A stretch of 64,000 nt of DNA from Anaerohalosphaeraceae bacterium (GCA_963675525.2 CAXXSL010000011.1:32001-96000), one strand, 5' to 3'; shown: positions 1-10,963, numbered from the stretch's first letter. The notes: a model not told the origin generated them from the sequence alone. A program made the numbers and translations.

Positions 1-20
1 CCGGGTTCTGTTCGGCTGGA

Positions 21-2357
21 TTGTTGGGCTCATTTCGATTCGCGGCAAAAATAAAAACCTATATCGTCTTCATGTGTGCAGTCAGCCTGTTCTTTTGTCT
101 GGGGGCTGCGCGTACTATTTATATCCGTCAAGAGCCGCCCGTTCATATCAGCCGGTGTTTAAAGAATGAGCGTGAACTGGCCACACTTCGCGGAATCGTC
201 CGGTCTCAGGTTCTTGTCAATGAACAAAGCAGTAATTTTTCAAGCATTCCCTGGCTGAATTCAGGAAGCTCTTTTTACCTGTCCGTCAGCGCGATCAAAA
301 CCGCATCCGGCTGGCAGAAATCACGCGGTAACGTCCGCGTGCAAATCGGCGAACCGGCCCGTCATATCACGCCGGGAAATACCGTGCAGGTTTACTGCTG
401 GCTGAGCCGTTTTTCGCCGCCAGCCAATCCCGGCCAGTTTGACCTGCGAAAACACATGCACCGCCGAGGCGTGTTCGTCGCCGCCTCGGTCCCGGTCGCG
501 GAGGGCGTAGAAGTCATCGGCAATGATTCGTCGCTGCTTTTTGGCCTTCGCTCAGCGTTCTATCGCTTTGCCGCCGACAACCTGCTGGATGAGACGATGA
601 CGGACCCTGATGTACAGTCATTGACATCGGCCCTGCTGCTCGGCCGGCGAAGCCATTTGGATCCGGTGATCATTGCGGCGTTTCAGAAAACAAATTTGGC
701 GCATTTCATCAGCCTGTCCGGAATGCATGTGGGTATTTTGGCCGGTTCTTTGTGGGTTTTGCTTCGTACGGCACAAATCCCAAAACGTCCACGTGCGGTG
801 GTGTGCATCATCCTGATCGTCATTTATGCCCTCATTGTACCGCCACGTGCGGCCACGATGCGAGCTGTTTTCCTGAGTTCTTTTTTCTTCGTTTCAACAC
901 TATTGCACCGCCGAACCAGTCCGGTCAATACGCTGGCATTATCGGCGGCCGTTTTACTGTTCGCCCGTCCGTATGAACTCTTCTTGGCGGGATGGCAACT
1001 GTCTTTTCTGTCCGTACTCGGAATTATCGTCTTCTACAGGTCCGTTCAATACCAACTCCTGAATCGTTTTTTTTATCCATTAATCCTGCTTTTAAAAAAT
1101 CGATTCATAACGATTCAGCATTTTCTATACGGCATTATTGAACTGCTCGCCGTCGGCATCTCGGCCTGGATCGTAATCGCCCCGATGCTGCTGTATTATT
1201 TCGGGCGGATCAATCCGCTGTCACCTCTCTGGACGGTCCTTGTTTTTCCGGCGGTACTTGTCATTTTATACACGGGGTTTATGAAAATCGTCCTGACACC
1301 CTTGCTGCCGACATTGGCCTCGCTGTTGGGGCTTATCCTAAACATGGCGGCTCATCTGCTTGAAAAGACCGTCGTGCTGCTTTCCAAAACGGACCTTCTT
1401 CAATTTGCCTCTGGTCGCCCGGGGGTACTTTTCATCTGTCTCCTTTATCTTTTTTTAGCCGTCACTTTTTTTCTTCCTTATCGGTATGTACGATGCAGAA
1501 AGTTGTTTTTGTCAATGCTGTTGATTTGTTTTCTTTTTCCCTTTATCTCACGGAAAGCCGAAAGTGTTCATGAATCAACTTTTGAAATGACGTGCCTGTC
1601 GGTCGGGCACGGTCAGACGATCGTTGTCTCGGCTCAGGGCAAACGACATTTTCTGTTTGATGCAGGCTCGATCACAAATCAGGACATCGCGAGAAAGACA
1701 ATCGCCCCGTTTTTACAACACCACAGCATCTTTGATCTGGATGCGATTTATCTCAGCCACGGGGACATGGACCATATTAATGCTGTGCCGGATATTACTG
1801 CGACAGTGCCGGTTAAGCATATCTTTGCCAACTCAGCACTGCTGGAAAATACAAAACAGCCGTCATTAGAGAAGCAGTTGATCACACGGCTTGAAGAACT
1901 TGGACTTCGGCTCGAACCTATTCAAGATAACTCCTATGGGCGGCTGACGACCAAAAGCCTCTGGCCCCCGCCGGACGTTGCATGCGATAATTCAATCGCT
2001 GAAAACGACCGTTCTGAAACTCTGCTCTTGTACTATGCGGGAAGGAAAATCCTGCTTTGCGGAGACATTGAAAGAACGGCTCAGAACCGATTCCTTGACT
2101 TGTATCCGACGCTGAACGTCGATGTAATGGTTTTGCCACATCACGGGTCAACCACAAACCTGGATACGAATTTTATTGAACAACTCGACCCCGAAATCAT
2201 GATCGCAAGCTGCTCGTTAAAGAATCTCGCAAATGCCTATACACCCGCAGAAAACTCAAACAGAAAAATCTTTTATACCGCTATCGATGGTGCCGTCACA
2301 GTAAAAATAAAAACCGACGGCACACTCCGCACCGACGGCTTTTTGAAATCACCATAA
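21..2357 (+). CDS. comEC: ComEC/Rec2 DNA-uptake competence protein (probably 5'-partial; the frame is open to the window edge)
   Basis: HFISLSGMHV competence motif, multiple TM helices, C-terminal metallo-beta-lactamase domain (VGHGQ, SHGDMDH, LCGDIE, PHHGS). Confidence 0.93.
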   Translation: MLGSFRFAAKIKTYIVFMCAVSLFFCLGAARTIYIRQEPPVHISRCLKNERELATLRGIVRSQVLVNEQSSNFSSIPWLNSGSSFYLSVSAIKTASGWQKSRGNVRVQIGEPARHITPGNTVQVYCWLSRFSPPANPGQFDLRKHMHRRGVFVAASVPVAEGVEVIGNDSSLLFGLRSAFYRFAADNLLDETMTDPDVQSLTSALLLGRRSHLDPVIIAAFQKTNLAHFISLSGMHVGILAGSLWVLLRTAQIPKRPRAVVCIILIVIYALIVPPRAATMRAVFLSSFFFVSTLLHRRTSPVNTLALSAAVLLFARPYELFLAGWQLSFLSVLGIIVFYRSVQYQLLNRFFYPLILLLKNRFITIQHFLYGIIELLAVGISAWIVIAPMLLYYFGRINPLSPLWTVLVFPAVLVILYTGFMKIVLTPLLPTLASLLGLILNMAAHLLEKTVVLLSKTDLLQFASGRPGVLFICLLYLFLAVTFFLPYRYVRCRKLFLSMLLICFLFPFISRKAESVHESTFEMTCLSVGHGQTIVVSAQGKRHFLFDAGSITNQDIARKTIAPFLQHHSIFDLDAIYLSHGDMDHINAVPDITATVPVKHIFANSALLENTKQPSLEKQLITRLEELGLRLEPIQDNSYGRLTTKSLWPPPDVACDNSIAENDRSETLLLYYAGRKILLCGDIERTAQNRFLDLYPTLNVDVMVLPHHGSTTNLDTNFIEQLDPEIMIASCSLKNLANAYTPAENSNRKIFYTAIDGAVTVKIKTDGTLRTDGFLKSP

Positions 2358-2369
2358 AAATCAAAACCA

Positions 2370-2423
2370 CCATCCGCCACAGGCGGATTCCATGATTTTG
2401 ATATTTACTATCTAATTTTTAAT
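2370..2423 (-). repeat. Dispersed ~52 bp AT-rich plus hairpin repeat, copy 1
   Basis: Reverse complement attaaaaattagatagtaaatatcaaaatcatggaatccgcctgtggcggatgg aligns with 17069-17120; the ATCCGCC/GGCGGAT hairpin lies between convergent genes. Confidence 0.75.
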
Positions 2424-2427
2424 TTGA

Positions 2428-3093
2428 TTATCGTGTATGAACCACGATCTCAACGCGACGGTTCTTGGCCTTGCCTGATGAACTCGAATTGCTGGCAACC
2501 GGACGGCTTTCACCGCAGGCCACCCCTCGAATCGCCTCGGCTCGAACTCCGCGATCAACCAGATAACGTAAAACCGTCAACGCACGTTCGGCCGACAGAT
2601 CCCAGTTGTCTTTGTAGAGATTCTTGGTCTTTCGGATCGGATCAGTATCCGTATGGCCGACCACGTCGATCGCTTTGCCGGAATACCGTTCACGCAGAAC
2701 GCCATAGATATGATCCAGTTCGGAATTGGTTGCCGTCTTCAAATCAGATTTTCCGGAATTAAAGAGGATCGCATTCGGCAGCGTCACCGTAATCGTACCG
2801 GCGGCTTCATCGACCTTAACATCACCCTTAAAACCGGTATCCTGTGCCGAGGCCTTTTGTGACTTCAGCGCGTTTAGTTCGCTCTGACAATTGGCAAGCT
2901 GCTGATTCAACTGACCCTGATCAGACGCTGAACCGTCGAGCGATGCGACGCAGTTCTCATAGAGCCCCTTCAGGTTCTGGTGCTCCACTTCGAGGGAACT
3001 GTATTTCTTTTTCCAATTCGTACAACCGGTCAAAACGGTTGCCACACCCATCATTGCACAAACCAAGATTATTGTTCGAACACTGCGTTTCAT
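2428..3093 (-). CDS. OmpA/MotB-family peptidoglycan-binding lipoprotein
   Basis: Lipobox VLTGC, coiled coil, GHTDTDPI and NWDLSAERA motifs, NRRVEI C-terminus; GGAGG RBS supports ATG at 3093. Confidence 0.88.
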   Translation of the reverse strand: MKRSVRTIILVCAMMGVATVLTGCTNWKKKYSSLEVEHQNLKGLYENCVASLDGSASDQGQLNQQLANCQSELNALKSQKASAQDTGFKGDVKVDEAAGTITVTLPNAILFNSGKSDLKTATNSELDHIYGVLRERYSGKAIDVVGHTDTDPIRKTKNLYKDNWDLSAERALTVLRYLVDRGVRAEAIRGVACGESRPVASNSSSSGKAKNRRVEIVVHTR

Positions 3094-3123
3094 AATGACC
3101 TCCATTTCGTTCTATCGAAATTG

Positions 3124-4302
3124 CTAAAAACCATACAAGTTTATGAGGATACTCTGTATCCAATCATAGAAGATAATAACGGCAAAGACGGCCATTGACA
3201 AGAACGGACCGTACGGAATTTGTCTCATTTTTTTAAAAATTGCCTGATACAGCGCCCACAGGATGCCAAAAAACGGCGCGATAAAAAACGCCAGTACCAC
3301 CCATTTGGCCCCGATGATCGCTCCAGCGGCCCCCATCAGATGGACATCTCCCAGTCCCATCGCCTCCTTATTGAAGGCCAGGGTACCGAAAATTCGGGTC
3401 GCCCAAACAACTGTACAGCCGGCCAAATAGCCTTCCAGACTGCCCAAAAGCCCTGAAATAACCGGATATTCGATGAAATTGGCCCATTTTTCCGAAATCG
3501 CCGGGATTTGCGTGACTTTTAGGGCCACAACTGCCCCGAGGATGACAGGCAGCAAAAACAGCGTTTCTTTGAGCACTTCTTTACGGTCATTATAATCATG
3601 CTCGTCATCAAAGGGCTTGGCGTTGTCGATATCGTCGATTTCCTCTCCCTCGGCCATTTCATAGCTGGGTTTGATCAGACCCGTTTTCAGGGCAATCAGC
3701 GACACGATCAGCCCGATCGCTCCACCCAGGGCAACGGCTGCCGGGTCAGGGGAACCGGCCGCAGCAGGAAAAAGGCCGACCCCCGGAGAGGCGATCACAA
3801 AGGGGGCCGCTGCAGAGCCTGCAAAGCCGATCAAGGTTACGAACCAGCAGAGTTCCAGGGGGATAATGAATAACTCCATGTCGATAGCCGAAGCGGCCAG
3901 AAAACTCGCCACAAGGGTCATCGTCACCAGATAAAACAGCCAGCCGCCGCCGAAAAAAAACTGCTGGAAGGCAGACGTTCCGGCAATACCGGTCTGACGC
4001 AGATTAAACCAAAAAAAGAACAGATACACCCCGCCGAATAAAACGGCTGTCAGTAACTCGACAATAAAATAGCGGCACGAGATCGGCGCCTTGCAATCGG
4101 GACATTTGCCCCGCAATATCACCCATGAAAAAAGCGGGATGTTGTTGTAGAACCGGATCGGCGTCTCGCAGGCCGGACAGGCCGAGGGCGGACTGACAAG
4201 CGACTTATTCCGAGGCAAACGATAGATCACCACGTTCAGGAAACTCCCCAAGCAGGCTCCGAACGCAAAGATGAACACCAGCCAAATCCATTCGACTGCC
4301 AT
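3124..4302 (-). CDS. pilD: Type IV prepilin peptidase/N-methyltransferase (A24)
   Basis: [12 protein letters not shown], two CxxC pairs, [15 protein letters not shown] motifs. Confidence 0.92.
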   Translation of the reverse strand: MAVEWIWLVFIFAFGACLGSFLNVVIYRLPRNKSLVSPPSACPACETPIRFYNNIPLFSWVILRGKCPDCKAPISCRYFIVELLTAVLFGGVYLFFFWFNLRQTGIAGTSAFQQFFFGGGWLFYLVTMTLVASFLAASAIDMELFIIPLELCWFVTLIGFAGSAAAPFVIASPGVGLFPAAAGSPDPAAVALGGAIGLIVSLIALKTGLIKPSYEMAEGEEIDDIDNAKPFDDEHDYNDRKEVLKETLFLLPVILGAVVALKVTQIPAISEKWANFIEYPVISGLLGSLEGYLAGCTVVWATRIFGTLAFNKEAMGLGDVHLMGAAGAIIGAKWVVLAFFIAPFFGILWALYQAIFKKMRQIPYGPFLSMAVFAVIIFYDWIQSILINLYGF

Positions 4303-4317
4303 AGTTTACCGCCTTCC

Positions 4318-5577
4318 CTATTTCTTTTTGGATTTCGGTTTTACCTTTTTGGCTTTCGCCGATACCTGACGTTCAACAACACCCGCAACAGTCATGGGCA
4401 ACCCAAACAGCCGGATGAATCCTGTCGCATCGCTGGGGTTGTATTCTTCGCCCATGGTGAAGCTGGCCAGATGCGGATTATAGAGACTCTTGGGACTCTT
4501 AACACCAGCCAGGGTCGCCTGCCCCTTATAGAGTTTCAGCCGAACGCTGCCGGTCATGTTCTCCTGCGTTACATCCACAAACGCATCCAGCGCCTGACGC
4601 AGTTTGCAGAACCATTGGCCGTTATAAACCATCTCGGCATATTTCAACGCAATATGCTGTTTGTAGTGGGCCGTATCCCGGTCCAGCACCAGCATCTCCA
4701 GTGCCCGATGAGCCGTACATAGAATCGTTCCACCGGGCGTCTCATACACACCCCGCGATTTCATGCCAACCAGTCGATTTTCCACCAGATCCGCCTGACC
4801 AACACCATGCAGCCCGCCGATGTCATTCAGCGTTTCGATCATTTTCACACCGCCAACTGCCCGGCCGTTCAACTTGACGGGGATGCCTTTCTCAAAACCG
4901 ACTTCAACATAATCCGGTTTATTGGGAGCTTTCGATATCGGCCGGCTCATGACAAACAGGTTGTCCTTCGGCTCGTTCCACGGGTCCTCAAGGTCGGCCC
5001 CTTCATGGCTGATATGCCACAGGTTCCGGTCCCGCGAATAGATTTTCTTTTTCGATTGGTCAATCGGAATATTGCGTGCTTTGGCATAGTCAACCGCCGC
5101 TTCCCGGCTGGTCAGTGTGAAGTTCGGATCTTTCCACGGCGCGATGATCTTCAGCTTCGGGTCGAGTGCCAAAAACGTCAACTCAAACCGGACCTGGTCA
5201 TTGCCCTTACCGGTCGCTCCGTGGGACACAGCCGTTGCGCCAGTCTGGTGAGCGACATCGACCTGATGCTTGGCGATCAGCGGCCGGGCGATACTGGTTC
5301 CCAACAGATAACCGTTTTCATAGATCGCCCCGCTTTTGAGCATCGGCCAGAGATAATCTTCAACAAATTCTTTACGCAGGTCTTTAACGATGCACTTTAC
5401 CGCACCGGTCGCCATTGCCTTCTTCTGGATACCAACCAGTTCGCTGCCCTGACCGAGCTCGGCGGCAAACGCCACAACCTCATAGCCATACGTTTCCTTC
5501 AGCCACGGCAGGATCACACTCGTATCCAGCCCGCCGCTGTAAGCCAAAACAACCTTTTCTGCTTTTTTCGTCGCCAT
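4318..5577 (-). CDS. argG: Argininosuccinate synthase
   Basis: [35 protein letters not shown]. Confidence 0.98.
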   Translation of the reverse strand: MATKKAEKVVLAYSGGLDTSVILPWLKETYGYEVVAFAAELGQGSELVGIQKKAMATGAVKCIVKDLRKEFVEDYLWPMLKSGAIYENGYLLGTSIARPLIAKHQVDVAHQTGATAVSHGATGKGNDQVRFELTFLALDPKLKIIAPWKDPNFTLTSREAAVDYAKARNIPIDQSKKKIYSRDRNLWHISHEGADLEDPWNEPKDNLFVMSRPISKAPNKPDYVEVGFEKGIPVKLNGRAVGGVKMIETLNDIGGLHGVGQADLVENRLVGMKSRGVYETPGGTILCTAHRALEMLVLDRDTAHYKQHIALKYAEMVYNGQWFCKLRQALDAFVDVTQENMTGSVRLKLYKGQATLAGVKSPKSLYNPHLASFTMGEEYNPSDATGFIRLFGLPMTVAGVVERQVSAKAKKVKPKSKKK

Positions 5578-5700
5578 CTGTAATTTCCTGTTAAAAATAT
5601 TTGTACTATCTGTTGAATGGCTGGATTATACGGTGAAATGGAGAAAATAACAACAATCTCTACTGAAATTTAAGCGTGTTTTTTTTGCCCTTTAAATGGG

Positions 5701-7260
5701 CTATTGAACGGGTGATAATCTGGAATAGACGATCTGTCGCATGCGGTCTTCGTCCGGTTCGTCGCCGATGAAGATCTTGTACTGAGCCATGGCCTGACGG
5801 ATGAACATCTCGGCACCATTGACCACCGTTGCTCCGGCGGCTTTGGCTTGTTTCAACAAAAGCGTTTCAAGCGGATTATAGACCGTATCAAAGACCGTCA
5901 TGTCGGCTTTGAGAACGCCTTCCGGCACCGGCGATACGTCCACATTCGGATGCATCCCCAGACTCGTGCAATTGACCACCACCGACACGTCCATTGCAGG
6001 CAACTCATCAATTCCGGCCGCCCGGCAGCGAAATTCCTGGGCCAGCGACTCGGCCTTTTTAGCTGTACGATTATACACCGTCACCCTGGCCCCCACATCC
6101 ACTAATCCCGCCACGACCGCACGGGCCGCACCGCCGGCCCCGATGACCGCGACCTTCACGGCATGAAGGCTATGCTTATCGCCACCCATCGCGGCAACCA
6201 GCGCATCCATCGCCCCGCTGTAATCCGTATTGTATGCGCTCAACAGCCCGTTAAAACCGATCTTCAGCGTATTAACGGCACCGATCGTCTCGGCCAGATT
6301 GTCCACATAATCGCCTCGCTGATTGGCAAAATCCAGTGCATGCGTCTTGTGCGGAATTGTGATACTGAACCCGCCAAAGCCCATCTTTGAACGGCTCAGT
6401 ACATTCTGTAAAAATTCATCAAATTCCTGCTCTTCCCCTTCAACCAAAAACTGCAGATGGATCGCATCAATCTTGTTGGAATCAAAGCAGGCATTGTAAA
6501 GGACCGGGCTTATCGAGTGTGCAACCGGGTTCCCGACGACACCGAATATTTCGGTTGCTGCGTCCAGATGGTCCCAGCGGTACAATTGCTTCATGTCGGC
6601 CACGGATATCTGCCCGGGGGCCGTGGCGGCATCTTCATCGAGCGAGGCAAATGTCAGGAATGATCCGAATTTTTTTGCCAGAATACGGCTGATCTGTCCG
6701 GCCGGACCCATCGCAAACGCAATCACAGGGCTGTCGGCCTGGTGCAGCAAGTCAAACGCCACAAAACAATCGTTGATATGCTTGGCCTTGTAAACGATCT
6801 TCGGGATCGCCTCCGGATAAACCGAAAGGATCGATTCGTATTCCAGATTCAGATTTTCAAACGGCCCTTTGAAATTATGGCGAGACAGGATCAATTGCGT
6901 ACTCGGATACTGCTCAAGCATAGCGCGGATCACCGATTGAACATCGGGATGTTTAAAGCTTTGAAGTTCAACATCCACAAAATCGGCACCCGCGACAATT
7001 GCGGCCCGCAAAATACTCAACCGCAGCGACATCTCCAGGTCGGCGACGCCCCCTTCGGCTTTGGCTCGACAGGTCACGATGGTCTCAAGGTTATGCTTTC
7101 TGACATAATTAATGAGTTCCGTGACAACTTCCGGACACGGATTGTCCAGCGAGTCCGTCCGTATCTCGATTATTTCAGCGCCTTGTTCACTGGCAGACTG
7201 CGCCTGCACGGCAAAGCTTGCCGGGTCTTTCGCTAAAATTGAAACTGCCAGATAACTCAT
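5701..7260 (-). CDS. aroE: Bifunctional type I 3-dehydroquinate dehydratase / shikimate dehydrogenase
   Basis: N-terminal DHQase I (EIRTD, SRHNF, PKIV, APGQ); C-terminal SDH (GNPVAHSISP, TIPHK, NTDY, GAGGAAR); start set at MSYLAV. Confidence 0.93.
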   Translation of the reverse strand: MSYLAVSILAKDPASFAVQAQSASEQGAEIIEIRTDSLDNPCPEVVTELINYVRKHNLETIVTCRAKAEGGVADLEMSLRLSILRAAIVAGADFVDVELQSFKHPDVQSVIRAMLEQYPSTQLILSRHNFKGPFENLNLEYESILSVYPEAIPKIVYKAKHINDCFVAFDLLHQADSPVIAFAMGPAGQISRILAKKFGSFLTFASLDEDAATAPGQISVADMKQLYRWDHLDAATEIFGVVGNPVAHSISPVLYNACFDSNKIDAIHLQFLVEGEEQEFDEFLQNVLSRSKMGFGGFSITIPHKTHALDFANQRGDYVDNLAETIGAVNTLKIGFNGLLSAYNTDYSGAMDALVAAMGGDKHSLHAVKVAVIGAGGAARAVVAGLVDVGARVTVYNRTAKKAESLAQEFRCRAAGIDELPAMDVSVVVNCTSLGMHPNVDVSPVPEGVLKADMTVFDTVYNPLETLLLKQAKAAGATVVNGAEMFIRQAMAQYKIFIGDEPDEDRMRQIVYSRLSPVQ

Positions 7261-7305
7261 GCTTACACGTATATCCGACCGTTTTACGAAATGCAAGTGC
7301 ATTTT

Positions 7306-7929
7306 TTACGGCATGGCTGATTTTGCCTTTTCGGTTTTAGGAACAGCATATTTTACAGAACACCCATAAGGCTGCGTTTTTTGCGTTGTAACGGTCTTTG
7401 CAGCCGTTAATTCGGACAGTGCCTGATCGGCATAATTGATATATTTTTCAGGCTTCTTTCCCAGCGGCGCATTATCGATCGCGCCCTGATAAGCGATCTG
7501 TCCCTTAGCATCAACGATAAACAGATGCGGGGTGGTTTTAGCGCCATACAGCTTTCCGACTTTGCCGTCGGCATCCAACAACACCGGCTGTTTTAACTGA
7601 TGCTGTTCGGCCCAGGCCTTATTGGTTTCGGCTGTCGCATAATGGGTACTGTTAATCGTCAGCCATACCACCTTTTTGTCAGCATATTTCGCCGCCAGGT
7701 CTTTCATCGTGTGCGTTTTTTTGTTGTAATGGGCCTTGACGAACGGACAGTCATAATTGGCCCACTCCAGCACCACGACATGGCCGAGAAGTTTGCTTAA
7801 CTGAACTTCTTTACCGTTAGCGTCGGTCAATTTAAAATCCGGAGCTTTTACCGGTTCGGCGGACATGGCAAGCCCTGCCAACACCAAAAAGCTGACAAAT
7901 ACCGTTTTATATTTAACATTTAATCTCAT
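7306..7929 (-). CDS. Exported thioredoxin-fold AhpC/TSA-type redoxin
   Basis: Signal peptide, APDFKL, WANYDCPFV, YGAKTTPH, YQGAID, YGCSVKY. Confidence 0.88.
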   Translation of the reverse strand: MRLNVKYKTVFVSFLVLAGLAMSAEPVKAPDFKLTDANGKEVQLSKLLGHVVVLEWANYDCPFVKAHYNKKTHTMKDLAAKYADKKVVWLTINSTHYATAETNKAWAEQHQLKQPVLLDADGKVGKLYGAKTTPHLFIVDAKGQIAYQGAIDNAPLGKKPEKYINYADQALSELTAAKTVTTQKTQPYGCSVKYAVPKTEKAKSAMP

Positions 7930-7987
7930 TGTACACACCTTTCCGTTTTTGCATGTTTAGTAAGTCAATCCATCTGTATCGTAGGTC

Positions 7988-8015
7988 TATACGGTCGATG
8001 CAGACGGCGGTTTAC
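7988..8015 (-). promoter_or_regulatory. ECF-sigma-type promoter (GTAAAC-N16-CGTATA) upstream of the redoxin
   Basis: Same motif and spacing recur at 10038-10065 and 26422-26449. Confidence 0.65.
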
Positions 8016-8076
8016 CAAAATCAAAAAAAATCTCGACTAGAATGAATAAATTGGGGATTTCTTCATCTCCGAAGAT

Positions 8077-8700
8077 CTATTCGATGGGAATCATCACTTC
8101 GTTTCGCCTCATAAACCATAGCTCAAAGGGTGGATTATAACGGGCAAAGATCGGTTCTGCCGCAGCAACCAGCCCTTTTCGTTTTATGAACTCCTGTAAA
8201 GAAGCTTTCTTTGCTTCATACCGCTTTTGGCTCCAGGTGCCTGAATACCGGATAGCAGCAACGCGTTGAGCAGGGATTTCATTAATGACAACCTCAGGGT
8301 CCAAGGGTTGCGGCAGGGTTTGCAGAGAATATTTTGAAGGCATGACAAAGCTGACAGCGTATTGCTGTCCTGATCGCTGCTGAGTGACGGGAGCGGTCAT
8401 CGAAATCTTTTCAGAGTCTGCTTTCTGAATAACAGGAGCGGTCATTGAAATGGATTCCTGCGCCTTGTTTTCTCCCGAGATGTACCGGAACAGCCGTCTG
8501 AAAGCAACATTGCCGGCATCCTTAAAGTCCGCATCCACCCTCGTCTCAGCAATGAGATAAGGGTTATATTGGCGAATTTCAAACTCGCCTACCTTCTCGA
8601 GGACCGTATATGTTGGTTTTTCAATTCCCACGGCACACGAACATAATAAAAAGGGTAAACATAATACGATTGACAACAGGATGGATCTTACTGTTTTCAT
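8077..8700 (-). CDS. SOUL heme-binding family protein (lipoprotein-like signal)
   Basis: EIRQY, AFRRLFRYISGEN, ISMTAPV twice, FVMP, YNPPF...RRNEV. Confidence 0.93.
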   Translation of the reverse strand: MKTVRSILLSIVLCLPFLLCSCAVGIEKPTYTVLEKVGEFEIRQYNPYLIAETRVDADFKDAGNVAFRRLFRYISGENKAQESISMTAPVIQKADSEKISMTAPVTQQRSGQQYAVSFVMPSKYSLQTLPQPLDPEVVINEIPAQRVAAIRYSGTWSQKRYEAKKASLQEFIKRKGLVAAAEPIFARYNPPFELWFMRRNEVMIPIE

Positions 8701-8758
8701 AAAAAGCCCTTTCGCTATTCATCTCCAAATCTCAATTCCTTTAGAAAAAGAAACCGTT

Positions 8759-9955
8759 TTAAACGGCTTCAATGCCAACTAACGAGACGTCATCTCTGAG
8801 GTTGACATGGCAGGCCCAGTTTTCCAATGATTTCATGACCGCATCCAGCGTTGGCTCAATCGCCGCATCGCGGTTGCGTTGAAGGGTTTCCAGCAGGCGG
8901 TCTTCGCCAAACGGAATGTCACGGGAACTGAGGGCCTCGACGACACCGTCGGTAAACAAAATCAATTTGTCAGCCGATTCAAGATGGATTTTTTCTGAAC
9001 GGTAATCGGCCTCGGGGATAATCCCGATCGGATAGCTTTGAGTTACGATGATTCGCGGAACTTGTCCCTGCCGTATCAGAATCGGCCCGGGGTGTCCGGC
9101 TGAACAAAATGAAAAAACTCCTGTTTGGGTATCCAGCACCCCGTATAGAATCGTAAAAAACATTCCAGTCTGCATGTCTATCGGGTACTTGGCATTGAGC
9201 CGTGCGAAGACCTCTTCGGGCGAAAGCAGATTTGGCCCGTTCTGGCGGGGTCGCAGGTCCTGACTGAGCGAAAAAGATTGCAGCGAGGCTCGAACGCCGT
9301 GTCCGCAGACATCCAGCACATAAACCACCGTGTACCTATCATCAAGCTGCATAATATTCAGCGTATCGCCAGCCAACTCCTGACACGGACGAAATCGCCA
9401 AGCATAGCGGTATGCGTCAGTATTCGGCAATTGCTTTGGAAGCTGAGCCTGTTGAATCTCTGCAGCTGCCTGCAGATCGCGTTTGAGCTGAGCATTGGCT
9501 TGGCGAAGCGACTCTTCGGCCAGACGCCGTTGCGTGATATCAGACTGGACCCCGATAAAATGCGTGGTCTTGCCCAGATCATCCCGGACCGGTGTAATGG
9601 ACAGCCGGTTCCAGAACGGCGTGCCGTCTTTTTGGTAATTGAGGATTTCCACAATGCACGAATCCTCATCGACCACTGCTTTGCGAATCGCCTGCTTGGC
9701 CTCGGGGTCAGTGTCGGCCCCTTGGAGAAAACGGCAGTTGCGACCGATCACCTCATCATATCCATACCCGGTTATCGTGGTAAACGCTCGATTGGCATAG
9801 ATGATCGGCATGTCGGGCTGGGTGCAGTCAGAGATGACAACACCCTCAGCCGTCGACTCCAGCGCGCGTTCCTTCAGCAAACGCCACACCTTTTCAATTT
9901 CCATGCGAGTGTCCTTTGTTGAATCGGCATTTATTAATTCACTTCCAACCATCAT
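8759..9955 (-). CDS. LOV-domain / PP2C (SpoIIE, RsbU-type) phosphatase, putative blue-light or redox sensor
   Basis: GRNCRFLQG with the photoactive Cys, NYQKDGTPFWN, FIGVQ; coiled coil; GD, DVCGHG, AGHP, TDGVVE, DDVS phosphatase motifs. Confidence 0.93.
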   Translation of the reverse strand: MMVGSELINADSTKDTRMEIEKVWRLLKERALESTAEGVVISDCTQPDMPIIYANRAFTTITGYGYDEVIGRNCRFLQGADTDPEAKQAIRKAVVDEDSCIVEILNYQKDGTPFWNRLSITPVRDDLGKTTHFIGVQSDITQRRLAEESLRQANAQLKRDLQAAAEIQQAQLPKQLPNTDAYRYAWRFRPCQELAGDTLNIMQLDDRYTVVYVLDVCGHGVRASLQSFSLSQDLRPRQNGPNLLSPEEVFARLNAKYPIDMQTGMFFTILYGVLDTQTGVFSFCSAGHPGPILIRQGQVPRIIVTQSYPIGIIPEADYRSEKIHLESADKLILFTDGVVEALSSRDIPFGEDRLLETLQRNRDAAIEPTLDAVMKSLENWACHVNLRDDVSLVGIEAV

Positions 9956-10037
9956 ACTTAATCCTTCCTGATAATCAACACTCCACGTCTTTGCCCTTAT
10001 ACATATTCAGTGCATAAAAGAGCCTGTATTGTACGTG

Positions 10038-10065
10038 TATACGGTCAATGACGTTGCCGGTTTGC
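10038..10065 (-). promoter_or_regulatory. ECF-sigma-type promoter (GCAAAC-N16-CGTATA) upstream of LOV-PP2C
   Basis: Matches the motifs at 7988-8015 and 26422-26449. Confidence 0.65.
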
Positions 10066-10190
10066 CAAAATCAAAAAAAACGGCGTTTTTTCAACTTCAG
10101 GGCTTGTTTTTTACGATAGATAGCATAGAGTGATTTCACGGCAGCGAATTTGAACGAACCGCTTATCCGGCCTTAAATCCCTATATTAAA

Positions 10191-10952
10191 ATGACCTTAC
10201 ATAAAACGACAATCTCACTGTTCTGTGCGGCGATGCTGCTGACGGCCGGGTGCGGACCCCGCAAAGACCCATACGCTCCGGTCATTTCCACGCCGCAACG
10301 GACCTCTGGTGAAATTCTCGGTTACTCCATCCAGAATCGTCCGATCGAACTGTTCACCGTCGGCACCGGCTCGCAAACGGTGCTTATCATTTCCACCATT
10401 CATGGCAATGAAGACGCCGGAACCCCGCTAGTTGGGAAGCTCATCGGTCATCTCAAACGGCGTCCCCAACTGCTGGATTCATATACTATCCTGATCGTTC
10501 CGGTTGTTAATCCGGACGGCCGGGCTTTGCGAACCCGCGGCAATGCCGCCAGCGTTGACCTGAACCGCAACTTCCCGTCGGATAACCGCATCAACAACGC
10601 CCATTTCGGCATCCACGGACTGAGCGAGCCGGAATCGCAAATCCTGCATGATCTGATCGTCCAGCGTAAACCGCTACGTATCGTCAGTCTTCACCAACCG
10701 TACGGCTGTTTGGATTATGACGGCCCCGCCGCAGAACTTGCGCACGCCATGCGGCTTTACTGCACGCTGCCGGTTCGAAAGCTCGGCGCCCTGCCCGGTT
10801 CACTCGGCTCGTTCGCAGGAGTGGACCAAATGATCCCCATTATCACGATGGAATTGAAGGGCTCTGATTCGGGGCTGACCGCCAATGCGTTGTGGGCCCA
10901 GTACGGAACAGCACTGCTGGCGTTTATCACGTATCCCCATTCGCCCTACTGA
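10191..10952 (+). CDS. mpaA: Murein peptide amidase A-like M14 zinc carboxypeptidase (lipoprotein)
   Basis: IHGNE, NPDG, DLNRNFP, SEPES, SLH, PGSLGS, ITMEL; lipobox LTAGC. Confidence 0.85.
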   Translation: MTLHKTTISLFCAAMLLTAGCGPRKDPYAPVISTPQRTSGEILGYSIQNRPIELFTVGTGSQTVLIISTIHGNEDAGTPLVGKLIGHLKRRPQLLDSYTILIVPVVNPDGRALRTRGNAASVDLNRNFPSDNRINNAHFGIHGLSEPESQILHDLIVQRKPLRIVSLHQPYGCLDYDGPAAELAHAMRLYCTLPVRKLGALPGSLGSFAGVDQMIPIITMELKGSDSGLTANALWAQYGTALLAFITYPHSPY

Positions 10953-10963
10953 CTGTCACATGT

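Noticed and set aside
5701..7260. aroD-aroE fusion as a novelty
   Set aside because: Already known from planctomycetes, chlamydiae and plants
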